A stretch of 64,000 bases of DNA from a virus (IMGVR_UViG_3300046522_000750); one strand, 5' to 3'. Positions 37,567-47,266 are shown, counted from the first letter of the stretch. Program-made: numbers and translations. Notes: generated by a model from the letters alone, not told the origin.

Positions 37567-37779
37567 GTGGCCAAGCATAAGCCCGCAGAATTGATCGAGG
37601 ATTACCTCTCGGCTTTTCGCCGCGTCAACCCGGACGCACCACTGCCGGTGATTGAATACAGCCAAGGCTGGTATCGCTACAGCTTCGGGTTCCTGCGCCG
37701 AAACATTCGCGCCGCCAATTTGGTGGCAATGCGTGACACCTTACTGAACAGAGCCGAGAGCCATGAAAAGTCCGAATGA
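37567..37779 (+). CDS. Hypothetical protein, similar to the N-terminus of 37763
   Basis: AAGGAG RBS, GTG start. Confidence 0.7.
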   Translation: MAKHKPAELIEDYLSAFRRVNPDAPLPVIEYSQGWYRYSFGFLRRNIRAANLVAMRDTLLNRAESHEKSE

Positions 37780-38227
37780 ATTGATCGAACAGTACAAGAG
37801 CGCCTTCAGCAAGGCCCACCCCGGCCATGATGCCCCGGTGATTACCTTCGACAATGGCAGCTTTCGCTTTAAGGAGCGCGGCGAACACCTGACCACGCTG
37901 AGCGACAAAGACCTGGCCCACAAGTGCAACGAACTGGTCAAGCTGGTCAACAACCGTGAGTTCGACCTGAGCACACTGTCCGGCCTGGCAGCGGCTACCG
38001 ATCAGGCTTACCGTGCCAGCCAGGTGTATTTTCGCGAACATATCGCACCGCGCCTTAACGCGGTCACGAACCTGGAAGAATTCAAAGCGCTGAAGTCCGA
38101 GATCTGCATGGGCTGCGCTGGGCCAAATGGCTTCATGCTCCCCCTGCCACCCGAGTTCGATCTGCACTTCATGATGAAGCTCAGCGACCTCAAGCACTTT
38201 GCCCGCGAAGCGGATAAGGCCCTCTGA
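37763..38227 (+). CDS. Hypothetical protein
   Basis: P-ELIE-Y-SAF---P----PVI shared with 37567. Confidence 0.75.
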   Translation: MKSPNELIEQYKSAFSKAHPGHDAPVITFDNGSFRFKERGEHLTTLSDKDLAHKCNELVKLVNNREFDLSTLSGLAAATDQAYRASQVYFREHIAPRLNAVTNLEEFKALKSEICMGCAGPNGFMLPLPPEFDLHFMMKLSDLKHFAREADKAL

Positions 38228-39054
38228 TGAAATCCTCGACCCTCTGCGCCAAGACCCGGCAGCTTGACCAATACTTTACCGCCGCTTGGGTGGCCGAGGC
38301 ACTGGTGCGCAAGCACTTCAGCGACCTGACGGCCAATGATCTGGTGTGTGAGCCCATGTGCGGCCCTGGGCGCTTTCTGGAGGCGATCCCGGCGCATGTC
38401 CCGGCCATGGGGATCGAGATTGACCCTGTGCAGGCACAGCTCGCCAGAGAGCGCACTGGAAGGCAGATCATCACCGGCGACATTCGCGACGTTGAGATCC
38501 CCGGCCAGCCCACGCTGTTTATCGGCAACCCTCCGTTCAAGACCGCGCTGTTTGACCTGTTCCTGGCCAAAGCTGATCAGGCCATGGCCATGGACGGACG
38601 CGTTGGCATGATCCTGCCGACTTACTTCTTCCAGACGGCCAGCCGTGTGTCTCGCTATAACGAGCGGTGGAGCCTGTACCAGGAAATGATCCCACGCAAC
38701 ATCTACCCCGGCCTTGAGAAGCCGCTGTGCTTTGCAATCTTTCGAAAAGACGCCAAGCGCCTGCTGGTGGGTTTCAGCCTGTTCCATGAACAAGCCTTTA
38801 TCAACCAATTGCCAGAGGACGTTCAAGAAGCTTTGGTGCAGGGCCGGTCGACCTGGCCGGATCTGGTCTTGGAAGCCCTCGACACCTTTGGCGGTGAGGC
38901 CGACTTGCCGCAGATCTACGAGTACGTGAGCAACCGTCGACCCACGGAAAACCCGAACTGGAAGGAACAGGTGCGCAAGATCTGTCAGATCAGGACGCAT
39001 CGGGTCGGTCGAGGCCGCTACGCGAAGGGGGCGAACTCCTCAGTGGCAGCCTGA
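38227..39054 (+). CDS. Orphan DNA methyltransferase (N6-adenine, gamma-type motif order)
   Basis: DQYFT, EPMCGPGRFL (motif I), GIEID, GNPPF (motif IV). Confidence 0.85.
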   Translation: MKSSTLCAKTRQLDQYFTAAWVAEALVRKHFSDLTANDLVCEPMCGPGRFLEAIPAHVPAMGIEIDPVQAQLARERTGRQIITGDIRDVEIPGQPTLFIGNPPFKTALFDLFLAKADQAMAMDGRVGMILPTYFFQTASRVSRYNERWSLYQEMIPRNIYPGLEKPLCFAIFRKDAKRLLVGFSLFHEQAFINQLPEDVQEALVQGRSTWPDLVLEALDTFGGEADLPQIYEYVSNRRPTENPNWKEQVRKICQIRTHRVGRGRYAKGANSSVAA

Positions 39055-39173
39055 CCAACGGTTGGCAATTTTACTTAAATTACTTTCGCTTTTTCGTTGA
39101 ATTTCCTACACTTGGCAGTATCAAATAGCCACCCAGCCGTTCAAGCGGCGGGTGCCAGGCAAGAGGCCGAATA

Positions 39174-39515
39174 ATGAACGCACTGACCAACCCGCAACGT
39201 CGCACGCTGGCTCTTGAGTTGGTGCGCTTTCGCTCACACGAAGGCAACTATGGCTTTCGGGTTAACAGCCGTCACACGCCGATCCTCAAGCACTCCCCAG
39301 AGCTTAAAGCCCTGCTCAAGAAGAAGCTGATCAAGCAGGTGCGCAAGTTTATTGGAGGCGGTGCAAACGGAACCTATCTGGTGCCCACGGACGGCATCAC
39401 GATTGAAAACGCGCCGTGCTGCCCGGTGTGTGGCCGCGAGATCAAATCCTTTCATCCGCTGATGCGTGACAGCGGCATTGCCTGCAACCATCAGCCACCA
39501 AAGCCCCTGATTTAA
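39174..39515 (+). CDS. Basic hypothetical protein with CPVCG
   Basis: GAGG RBS. Confidence 0.7.
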   Translation: MNALTNPQRRTLALELVRFRSHEGNYGFRVNSRHTPILKHSPELKALLKKKLIKQVRKFIGGGANGTYLVPTDGITIENAPCCPVCGREIKSFHPLMRDSGIACNHQPPKPLI

Positions 39516-39522
39516 GTAGACC

Positions 39523-39780
39523 TTGATGATTAAGACTGCACTCCTTTCCAGTGTGACTCGTACCGCAAAGGCCGAGGGCTGGAACCTTAAGCCACAGCGC
39601 GAAGGCGCGTTCGCCGGTAAAGTGATGATCGTGCGTGACGCGGCCACCAATCGCTTTGAATGCGACGTAGATGCTGAGCAGTACGTGCGTTATCGCGCCG
39701 CCCATGGCAGCCAGATGCACCGGATCGCCCTGAAGGCTCACCGGCTTCCGGCAATAATTTTGCCTTTAACTGCAAAATAG
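39523..39780 (+). CDS. Hypothetical protein
   Basis: Operonic. Confidence 0.6.
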   Translation: MMIKTALLSSVTRTAKAEGWNLKPQREGAFAGKVMIVRDAATNRFECDVDAEQYVRYRAAHGSQMHRIALKAHRLPAIILPLTAK

Positions 39781-39821
39781 GTTCCCTCTCTTTCTATTTA
39801 TGGGTATACTAAGCGCATACC
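39759..39821 (+). promoter_or_regulatory. Promoter with box C (39759-39776) and operator A (39803-39821)
   Basis: TTTGCCtttaacTGCAAA ... GGGTATactaagcgcATACCC. Confidence 0.8.
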
Positions 39822-39841
39822 CAAAGATTGCAGGGAAGCCC

Positions 39842-40423
39842 ATGAAGCCTTACAACGTCGACCTCTTTAAAACCGTTCGCTTTGCTATCCAAGGCATCTC
39901 TGCCAACTCGCCTGAAGAAGCTGCACGTGCTGCGAACGTTCTCCAGCTTCCTGATCTATTCCATAACGGAATGGTGGCTCACTCCCTGGCGTCTGTTTGT
40001 CCGAACCACAAGATCTCGGACGTCCGGGTTCAGGATTTGGATGCGCATTACTACGCCGTATACCCGGCCATTGTCGTGGACGGAGAGGATGCCAACGACT
40101 ACAACAATGAAACCCACCTGGCCGGTGATTTTGTCACGTTGCTGCCCGGTGAAGAACCGCAAGACCGCTTCAAGGTCATGATCAAAAACCTGTTGGGTCA
40201 GATTACCTTGGTGGCCGATAAGACCATTGGCTTCAACCAGGAGTCCTTGACCCTGCTCAACGAGGTAGCCCGCGAAGTCGGCCACCCGATGTTCGAGTTC
40301 ATGGAAAAAGGCGACGGCGCCGAGGTGGATGGCTACCCTCGCGAAAACTGCCCTCCTCATCTGGATTACGCCGAGTGGGTGCACCCGCTGATGAAGGCTG
40401 ATTTTGAAGCCCCGTTGAAGTAA
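39842..40423 (+). CDS. Hypothetical protein
   Basis: AGGGA RBS. Confidence 0.75.
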   Translation: MKPYNVDLFKTVRFAIQGISANSPEEAARAANVLQLPDLFHNGMVAHSLASVCPNHKISDVRVQDLDAHYYAVYPAIVVDGEDANDYNNETHLAGDFVTLLPGEEPQDRFKVMIKNLLGQITLVADKTIGFNQESLTLLNEVAREVGHPMFEFMEKGDGAEVDGYPRENCPPHLDYAEWVHPLMKADFEAPLK

Positions 40424-40449
40424 TCCCACCTACAAGACAGGGGAAAATC

Positions 40450-40974
40450 ATGAGCCAGTTCACTTCAGTGTTTCAAAAGCCAGGACAAGCCCCGCACTTT
40501 TATCCAATGAGTGGGGCTACTCTGAAGCAAGAGATAGCGTCCGCCAAAATGATCGTAAGCCAGCCTGGATCGGTGTTTGGCACCTACCTCTACAGTCGAC
40601 CTGTTCGACAGGTGTTGATGCGTACAGGAGAGCGCTACGCCATCAGCTTTTACGACGCCGCCCTCTATTTCAGATACCGCAAACACGATGAGGCCATTAA
40701 CGCATCGTTCGATTATTACCAAGTCGGCGGGCCTCACCAGGGGACGCTTATCTTGCACGTTGACCACCGTGTGGAAGTCGCTTTAGGTGGCTTCAGTGGT
40801 GACGTGCGCATCAAGCTTAAATTCACTGGTTCCCGAACCTTACAATTTCGCGACATGTGCAAAGACAGACTGGTGGCCATCGAGGTCGGCAGTGGGAAAG
40901 TTATGATGCGTATTTACGACAGTGCTCATGCATACAACCCATCGTTTGAGCTACCGCTTGAGGTTGTTCAATAG
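40450..40974 (+). CDS. Hypothetical protein
   Basis: GGGGA RBS. Confidence 0.75.
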   Translation: MSQFTSVFQKPGQAPHFYPMSGATLKQEIASAKMIVSQPGSVFGTYLYSRPVRQVLMRTGERYAISFYDAALYFRYRKHDEAINASFDYYQVGGPHQGTLILHVDHRVEVALGGFSGDVRIKLKFTGSRTLQFRDMCKDRLVAIEVGSGKVMMRIYDSAHAYNPSFELPLEVVQ

Positions 40975-41032
40975 CGCACACACACAAAGCACTCCCGACC
41001 TGACCGAGCCCCATTTCACACAAGGAACTATC

Positions 41033-41485
41033 ATGAGTATCACCATCGGCGTCATCTTCTCGGCTGATTCGGTCAAAATGTTCGAGGAATTTGGCCTCAA
41101 ATGCGTCTACGTCCTCAACGACGTCAAGACCTTCAGCTTCGAGACTAACGCTGAAGTCAGTGCCTTCCTGAATGGCGTCGACGACTCAGTGGGTTACGAC
41201 GCATGCAAAATCAAGAAAGCCAAGCCTGGCTCGAAAATCTCCCAAGTGGCGTTCTGTGAAGACGACGGCGAGGGCTTTGAGTACCTCAAGATCCAGCAGG
41301 GATCGGAAGCTGAGCGCATTGCCTATGAAGCCGGTGTGGAGGCTTGTGAAGGCTGGTTCGGTTATCAGCAACTTGGTGATCAAGACCTGAACAACTACCT
41401 TCAGGCCAAAGCGGCTGCAAAAACATCACTGGGTAACCATGTGATCCGCTTTATTCAGTCGGCACCCCTCGCAGCGGTGGCCTAA
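41033..41485 (+). CDS. Hypothetical protein, paralog of the 43270 N-terminal domain
   Basis: FEE-GLK...LND-K-FS--T--E--AF--GVD--VGY...AERIA-E-GVEA-EGWFG. Confidence 0.85.
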   Translation: MSITIGVIFSADSVKMFEEFGLKCVYVLNDVKTFSFETNAEVSAFLNGVDDSVGYDACKIKKAKPGSKISQVAFCEDDGEGFEYLKIQQGSEAERIAYEAGVEACEGWFGYQQLGDQDLNNYLQAKAAAKTSLGNHVIRFIQSAPLAAVA

Positions 41486-41586
41486 GCCCCGACCTCGATA
41501 AAGCCCTTCATGATTTTGGCGTTTATTGGTAAGTTTGCCTTCGGCGTCCATGCCCGAGACAACTACATCACGCAGGAGGGCCTTTT

Positions 41587-41766
41587 GTGAGCCAGAAATA
41601 CCGATTGGTGATTGACCACATCCACCGCACCCAGTCAGACCGCTCAGAGAGCGCCGTAGGGGCCACCGTACGGCAAGCGGCCCGTGCCCTGGGTGTGGAA
41701 CTGTCTGATCGTGACGGCGAGCAGATTTGCGACATGCTCCTTTCGACCCAATCCTATAACGGATGA
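41587..41766 (+). CDS. Small hypothetical protein (59 aa)
   Basis: Hand-found: AGGAGG RBS, GTG start, MSQKYRLVIDHIHRTQ... Confidence 0.65.
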   Translation: MSQKYRLVIDHIHRTQSDRSESAVGATVRQAARALGVELSDRDGEQICDMLLSTQSYNG

Positions 41767-41773
41767 ACCCGCA

Positions 41774-42190
41774 ATGAGCCAGGCAGCCCCTACGACACCC
41801 CGAGAGCCTTCCGGCTTTCAATTGCTGGAGGTCGGCCAGCACGACATGTTCGTCGTCGAGTACCTGAACGGCGATGAGTCAGTGGTGCACCTGATCAGGA
41901 TGCCCGATCCCCGCGACAAGAGCTGGTACACCTCACTTGGCACGATCAACGCCTTCCGGCACCGGGAGCAGGTGCGCAGCTCCGAGTTCATCAGCAAGCA
42001 CGGCTACGGGGCTCGCAACCCACGCTACTTCCGCTTGTTCTTTCCTGATGATCTCAAGGGTGAAGAAGCCATCTTCAATCAAATCGGCACGGTCATTTAT
42101 GCCGACCTGCCGACTGCTAGCCATGAATCGCCTTACGCGTTCTACGCGGCTATCGGGTTTGACTACAAAAAGAATCGCTACCTTAAGTGA
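41774..42190 (+). CDS. Hypothetical protein, tandem paralog of 42212
   Basis: F-VEY---S-VH-I-MP...HES---FY--IGFD---NRY. Confidence 0.8.
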   Translation: MSQAAPTTPREPSGFQLLEVGQHDMFVVEYLNGDESVVHLIRMPDPRDKSWYTSLGTINAFRHREQVRSSEFISKHGYGARNPRYFRLFFPDDLKGEEAIFNQIGTVIYADLPTASHESPYAFYAAIGFDYKKNRYLK

Positions 42191-42211
42191 TTCACTAAAA
42201 CGGAGTTTCGC

Positions 42212-42625
42212 ATGACTGCTGATTTTGCTGTTTCGAGTGGCCCTGCCAATTTCTTGCTTATCAAGCCCGGAGCGACCGACCTGTTCGCAGTCGAGTACCG
42301 TGCCGAGAATCCTTCAGCAGTGCATCACATCAAGATGCCTGTTAAGACTGATGCTTGCTTTCAGGCACTTAAAGCGTCGGTCGCAGCCTTCCATGCGCAT
42401 GAGATGGGTCGTTGTACACCTGTTGAGGCTGGCAGTTGCATGGTTACGAAGCCTGAGCACTATTTCGAGATTCATGAGGCCCAAGCCTTGATCAACGAGG
42501 AGGAGTGGCTGTGCACCGAGGAAGAAGCTTTCTATGACAGCGTGCCCGCCCAAACGCATGAATCCCTGGCTCATTTTTACGAGATCATCGGCTTTGACTC
42601 AGCCGCAAATCGCTACACCAAATAA
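42212..42625 (+). CDS. Hypothetical protein, tandem paralog of 41774
   Basis: Same motifs; GGAG RBS. Confidence 0.8.
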   Translation: MTADFAVSSGPANFLLIKPGATDLFAVEYRAENPSAVHHIKMPVKTDACFQALKASVAAFHAHEMGRCTPVEAGSCMVTKPEHYFEIHEAQALINEEEWLCTEEEAFYDSVPAQTHESLAHFYEIIGFDSAANRYTK

Positions 42626-42688
42626 TTTGCAGTAAATTGCAAATTCCGCTTTCAGTCTGTCAATAAAAGAGTATACTTAGCGCATACC
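42626..42688 (+). promoter_or_regulatory. Promoter with box C (42626-42643) and operator A (42670-42688)
   Basis: TTTGCAgtaaatTGCAAA ... AGTATacttagcgcATACC. Confidence 0.85.
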
Positions 42689-42714
42689 CAAACAGACTGG
42701 AAGGATCATTCACG

Positions 42715-43215
42715 ATGAATGCCGTTCTCAAAGCCCTGGATTCTGCTCACCACCTGTGTGCTGCCACCCAAGGTAACACCGCCTTGACCCTCGAGATTGG
42801 CGAGATCCTCGAGCGCCTAAAAAAGCTCTCTCCCGATCTAATTCATCTTGTTGAAGACGGCAAGTTTGTTGACCCTGAAGCTTACGGTCGCATTCTGCCG
42901 TTGTTCGCTGAGAGCACGAAGCAGGACATGACTCCTGTGTATGTCGTTGTCGAGAAGCTAGTAGATCAATCCAAACTGCATGAGTACGACACCGAAATTG
43001 AAGGCCACTACGAAATTCTGGTGCCCTCTTTCCTGAATGACGAACTGCAGGCCGCGTGCGCACTGGATCTGTTCCATGGTTCGGTGGCCATCAAGGTGCT
43101 GGACTGCTTCAGCATCGTGGTTTCGAAGCCGCTGGAATCTCCTGAAACCTATGAAAACGGCACCCTAGAGCGCCTTGGTGACTTCGTAGGCATCACCGAA
43201 CGCACCTCGTTCTGA
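42715..43215 (+). CDS. Hypothetical protein
   Basis: AAGGA RBS. Confidence 0.75.
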   Translation: MNAVLKALDSAHHLCAATQGNTALTLEIGEILERLKKLSPDLIHLVEDGKFVDPEAYGRILPLFAESTKQDMTPVYVVVEKLVDQSKLHEYDTEIEGHYEILVPSFLNDELQAACALDLFHGSVAIKVLDCFSIVVSKPLESPETYENGTLERLGDFVGITERTSF

Positions 43216-43269
43216 CCCTTCTACGGCCCTGTCACGATGGCAGGGCAAACCCCCGTTTAGGAGTTCATC

Positions 43270-43965
43270 ATGAGCACCATGGTTGCTATCGTTTTCTCGC
43301 AATCCTCTGCAGCCACCTTCGAGGAGGTTGGCCTCAAAGACGCAGAGGTATTGAATGACCTCAAGCTGTTTTCCATGAACACCGAGGAAGAAGCCCGAGC
43401 GTTTATCAGTGGCGTTGACGAGGCTGTTGGCTACGAAGAATGCCGCATAAAAGAAGTCCTCCCTCGCTCCAAAGTGGCTCAAATCGCCTTCGGTAAAGAA
43501 GAATCCCGTAATGGCAAGTTTGAAAAACTTAAGCTGGACTCGGTGGCCGAGCGCATAGCCTTCGAGCAAGGTGTCGAGGCGGGTGAAGGTTGGTTTGGTC
43601 ATGCCGAAGTCGAAGGCGAGCAGATGGATAACCTTGTTCAGGCGCTGGCCGCGATGCAGGCCGATGGCAAAGAGCACACCGCCGAGAATCTGCTGCCATA
43701 CATCAAGAGCAACGACGAACTCGAAGAACTGGCCGATGCCGATGAGTCCAAGCTGCGTGCCGAGCGCCAGTTCTCCGGCATGACTGAGGCGCAGAAGACC
43801 GTTATCAAGTACGTGCTTGATAACCACCTCATGACCAGTGATGTGTATGTCACCCTCGGGGACAAAGTGCGTCATGCCGTGTTCATGGTGGCGGATCAGC
43901 TTGATGGTGTTGAGTTGACCGAGCTGGAGTACAACGAGATCTACGACAACATCCTGAGCCGCTGA
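43270..43965 (+). CDS. Acidic hypothetical protein, paralog of 41033
   Basis: AGGAG RBS. Confidence 0.85.
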   Translation: MSTMVAIVFSQSSAATFEEVGLKDAEVLNDLKLFSMNTEEEARAFISGVDEAVGYEECRIKEVLPRSKVAQIAFGKEESRNGKFEKLKLDSVAERIAFEQGVEAGEGWFGHAEVEGEQMDNLVQALAAMQADGKEHTAENLLPYIKSNDELEELADADESKLRAERQFSGMTEAQKTVIKYVLDNHLMTSDVYVTLGDKVRHAVFMVADQLDGVELTELEYNEIYDNILSR

Positions 43966-44018
43966 GCCAGTTCTATCCTGTGCGCCCGGCTTCCGGGCGC
44001 CAAACCTTTTGGAGCAGC

Positions 44019-44207
44019 ATGGAATCAATGCCCTTTAGCCAGTTTCTGGCCCAAGCGACAGCCCAGCAGCAAGACTCTCGTCCTGTACGACCAAAAAGCT
44101 TACCCCAGGAGCCAGACCTGCCGTCCTTGCAGCCTGGCTTTTTGTCCGCCAAGCCGACAGCGGCGAACAGCTATTGCACTGTGCTGCAATACATGCAAAA
44201 TGTTTAG
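44019..44207 (+). CDS. Small hypothetical protein
   Basis: GGAG RBS. Confidence 0.45.
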   Translation: MESMPFSQFLAQATAQQQDSRPVRPKSLPQEPDLPSLQPGFLSAKPTAANSYCTVLQYMQNV

Positions 44208-44233
44208 GTGCAACCCCATAATAATAAGAACAG

Positions 44234-44476
44234 GTGAACCACATGGGACTTCGAGAAGTCACGCAACAGGCCGATCTGGCCGGCAAGCTCTACCGATACG
44301 CCAAGGAACATCACGACCAGTACCCAGGCGTCCTCGACACGCATGAAATCCTCGACGTGCTTGCGACTGACCACGGGTGGCGATTGAGCCTTGGTATCGG
44401 CAACCAGGGTGAGTCCTTCATCGACATAACGATCTTGAAAACCGCGTTCCACCACTGGGAAAAAACAACGCTTTAA
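44234..44476 (+). CDS. Hypothetical protein
   Basis: 80 aa followed by a hairpin and T-run. Confidence 0.65.
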   Translation: MNHMGLREVTQQADLAGKLYRYAKEHHDQYPGVLDTHEILDVLATDHGWRLSLGIGNQGESFIDITILKTAFHHWEKTTL

Positions 44477-44514
44477 GCTCGCATCCTCTCCAGCCTGCCG
44501 ACCCCGGTGGGCTT

Positions 44515-44578
44515 TTTGCAAAAAACTGCAAAAATCTCGAAATATCAAATTGACACTATGTCAATTCAAGGATAAAGT
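44515..44578 (+). promoter_or_regulatory. Promoter with box C (44515-44532), TTGACA-17-TAAAGT
   Basis: TTTGCAaaaaacTGCAAA lies 17 bp before TTGACActaTGTCAA. Confidence 0.6.
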
Positions 44579-44641
44579 CCGCGCCAATCCCTTGAGTCAC
44601 CGGCAATTTAAGATAAATTGCTTGATGATTCAGTAGTTTGC

Positions 44642-44660
44642 AGTATACTGAACATATACC
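44642..44660. promoter_or_regulatory. Operator A over -10
   Basis: AGTATactgaacatATACC. Confidence 0.8.
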
Positions 44661-44685
44661 GAATAAGAGCCTTAGCAGGATTCTC

Positions 44686-44964
44686 ATGATGACCGTATTC
44701 GCGACTTTTTACCCTCAAGCTTGGGTCAACGACCAGTTGGTCGACGTTACTCCTGAAGGCGCTACCTTGTTCGATGTGACCCCCGAAGTCGAGTCGATGG
44801 GACAGGAAAATGCCCTGGCGATCAAGGACAACTCCAACGCTTCCGACGTGTTCCAGTACTCGGCCCATGCGCCTCATTGGATCAAGCACTGGCAAGGCCC
44901 GTTTCACATCAAAGTCAGCGATTCGATCCAAGAGCATTACGGGCAGCAGAAACTCTGCGCTTGA
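44686..44964 (+). CDS. Hypothetical protein
   Basis: A-F-PQAWVND...FDVT...WIK-W-GPF; AGGA RBS. Confidence 0.75.
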   Translation: MMTVFATFYPQAWVNDQLVDVTPEGATLFDVTPEVESMGQENALAIKDNSNASDVFQYSAHAPHWIKHWQGPFHIKVSDSIQEHYGQQKLCA

Positions 44965-45080
44965 CTCTTTTGGTCTGATCAACTAAATAGCCAGACCTTT
45001 TTCGTGCTGGATGAATGATCGTCTAGCCAACACCAAATCAAAGCCAACGACAGGCCTAATTGCTTAGAAGGATTCTCACC

Positions 45081-45584
45081 GTGAATACCCCAAATTCCAG
45101 TTCGATCATCGGCTCAGTTCTTCCGCGCAAACAAGCCATCTACAGCTCCCGAACGGCGGACAAATTTGTTGTTCGTTTTCTGGAAGGCATGCGTACCGCC
45201 ATTGCTCAAATTGCACGCAAAAACCATCGCAGCATGAACAGCGAGGTCATTAGCTGCCTCGATCTTCACATGCGCCTGGATGCCCTGGGTCTGTCTCAGT
45301 ATGTTGAACAGCTTGCAGAAGGCCAGATCGTTCCAGAAGGTGTCAACATTGACCCTGCTGCCCTTGCTGCAGCCCGTGAAGCCAATGGCGGCAACGTAGC
45401 TACCCTGGCACAATTTCGCGCTGGTGATCCTGTCATGTACAGCGGAACCCCGTGGATCATCGCCAAGCTGACCGTACGCAGTGGCAACGTCTACGCCAAG
45501 ATCGAACGCGAAGACCCGTCAGATGCCAGCAAGACCGACGAAACAGAAGTGCGTTACAGCGCGCTGAAGCCTTTCATGGTCTAA
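45081..45584 (+). CDS. Arc/ribbon-helix-helix regulator, AmrZ(AlgZ)-like, with an extra C-terminal domain
   Basis: [32 protein letters not shown] closely matches the AmrZ DNA-binding domain as I recall it. Confidence 0.85.
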   Translation: MNTPNSSSIIGSVLPRKQAIYSSRTADKFVVRFLEGMRTAIAQIARKNHRSMNSEVISCLDLHMRLDALGLSQYVEQLAEGQIVPEGVNIDPAALAAAREANGGNVATLAQFRAGDPVMYSGTPWIIAKLTVRSGNVYAKIEREDPSDASKTDETEVRYSALKPFMV

Positions 45585-45637
45585 GCCTTAGACTAAGCCT
45601 GGCTCCCAGCCCTTGGGAGCCTTACAGGACGTTACCG

Positions 45638-46195
45638 ATGAATGACTTGCTCATCACAGGCGCGGCGCTGACCGCCGATACCCTTACCGAATTCAAGACC
45701 CGCCTTGAACATGATTGCACTGGAGCTGGTTACGCGGAGCATTGCACCGTCCAGCCGGTGTTTGTCGTCAAAAAACGCGAGTATATCTACGGCGTTGATC
45801 TGGATTACGCTGAAAAGCGTGCGATCTATTGCAATGACGAGTACTACCACAGCATTGCCGAATTCATGGAAGACTCAAGCGAGTCATTCAAGCAGAGTCT
45901 GGATACCTTGGTGCAAAAAGGTCTTGAGATGAATTTCTCTGACCTGGACGAGGACGTTCAGTTTTCTACGCTGGCCCTAAACGAACACATTCAAGTTTTC
46001 GGCTACATCGAACGCTGGGACTACCTCAATGTTCATTTCACCCAGTCGGCTGCTGATGAATTCATTCAGCGCAGTGCTCACAACTACCCTGACGGTCTGA
46101 AGGTGTGCCAGGAAAGTCAGCAATACTGCCCTGAGTTCAATACCATTCACAATGCCATCCTGACTGGCAAGCTGGTTCTGAAGGAGCAATCATGA
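45638..46195 (+). CDS. Hypothetical phage-like protein (Ead/Ea22-associated type)
   Basis: HCT--P-F-V-K---IYG-D-DY...W-Y-N-HFT--AA--FI. Confidence 0.7.
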   Translation: MNDLLITGAALTADTLTEFKTRLEHDCTGAGYAEHCTVQPVFVVKKREYIYGVDLDYAEKRAIYCNDEYYHSIAEFMEDSSESFKQSLDTLVQKGLEMNFSDLDEDVQFSTLALNEHIQVFGYIERWDYLNVHFTQSAADEFIQRSAHNYPDGLKVCQESQQYCPEFNTIHNAILTGKLVLKEQS

Positions 46196-46458
46196 GCGGC
46201 GGACACTTTGACCATGTTCACAGCCGGGTTCGGGCATTTGCTGAAGACCTGGAGCGCGAGATTGCCAACAATGCTGTGCCAAATGACGCGGGCGACGTAT
46301 ACAATTTCTCCCCGCCAGTGATGGTCGCGCTGGCCTCCATTCGAGCACAGGCTGAAAAGATAGCCATCCTGATGAAGGCGGCTGATTATCTATACAGCGG
46401 CGAAATTCTAGAGGAATCATTCCTTGAAATCGTCCTTGAGGCCGAAAAGACCCTCTAA
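46192..46458 (+). CDS. Hypothetical protein
   Basis: AAGGAG RBS; MSGGHFD...DYLYSG. Confidence 0.75.
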   Translation: MSGGHFDHVHSRVRAFAEDLEREIANNAVPNDAGDVYNFSPPVMVALASIRAQAEKIAILMKAADYLYSGEILEESFLEIVLEAEKTL

Positions 46459-46553
46459 TCCTTACCGGCGAGCCTGCTTAGTCCGTTAGAACATCATAGG
46501 CAGGCTTCGCCTGAAGGTGGCGACTTCCTCCTCCAAAATACCCCTCCTCTTTA

Positions 46554-46617
46554 TTTGCACTTTCATGCAAATTTAACTTATTGACATATTGCCAGGTCAG
46601 TTTAACTGACCTATGAT
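46554..46617 (+). promoter_or_regulatory. Class B promoter 1: box C + TTGCCA-[operator B]-TATGAT
   Basis: AGGTCAGTTTAACTGACCT at 46594-46612. Confidence 0.85.
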
Positions 46618-46648
46618 AATCAGCACTTATCACCAAGAAGGTGCTGAA

Positions 46649-47197
46649 ATGTCGTCTACTGCGCATGATGTTGCGATCTTAAACGTCCAAGATCCCTTGA
46701 TCGACGTTACTTTGCTGGTCGGTACACCTGGAAAGTGGGCCATCAGCAGCAACCTGACTGATCGCTGGGGCAATATCAACATGTTTGATTTTGAGAAAAA
46801 GCCCCTGGAACAGCTTGAGAACACACCTGGCTTGCTGAATTCTCTGATTGAGCAGCTCACCGATGAAATCACCTTTGTCGTGCGAAAAGACGGCCATTAC
46901 GGCCTGTTGTTCGAAGTTGAGTATTCGAGCATCGAATCAGAGGCCAACAACGGCGACCTTGACCCAACCGGCGAGGATGCCGAATACGTGGCCGGTCTTA
47001 AGCCTCACAGCGAGGTCGTAGCCCGCATCCTCCAAGCACTTCAGGAAGAAGCGCATCGCTTCCCGCAAGTTGAAATGTGCATACCTGACGCCTCTCAGAT
47101 CTGTAATGATCGCCCGGCAGCATGGGCCTTCATGCCGAGCAGCAGCATGACTGTCGAGCAGCGTGAAGAACTGGCATTGTTGCTTAATTCCATCTGA
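46649..47197 (+). CDS. Hypothetical protein, paralog of 48243 and 10999
   Basis: EITF--RK-G--GLLFE-E...EAHRFP-VE-CIP...WAF-P. Confidence 0.85.
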   Translation: MSSTAHDVAILNVQDPLIDVTLLVGTPGKWAISSNLTDRWGNINMFDFEKKPLEQLENTPGLLNSLIEQLTDEITFVVRKDGHYGLLFEVEYSSIESEANNGDLDPTGEDAEYVAGLKPHSEVVARILQALQEEAHRFPQVEMCIPDASQICNDRPAAWAFMPSSSMTVEQREELALLLNSI

Positions 47198-47202
47198 TCT
47201 TC

Positions 47203-47266
47203 TTTGCGGTTTACTGCAAATAATCATTATTCGAGTATTGTCAGGTCAGTTAAACTGACCTACAAT
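47203..47266 (+). promoter_or_regulatory. Class B promoter 2: box C + TTGTCA-[operator B]-TACAAT
   Basis: AGGTCAGTTAAACTGACCT at 47243-47261. Confidence 0.85.

Noticed and set aside
34074-39054. HNH plus methyltransferase as a restriction-modification pair
   Set aside because: About 4 kb apart, on opposite strands and in different operons.
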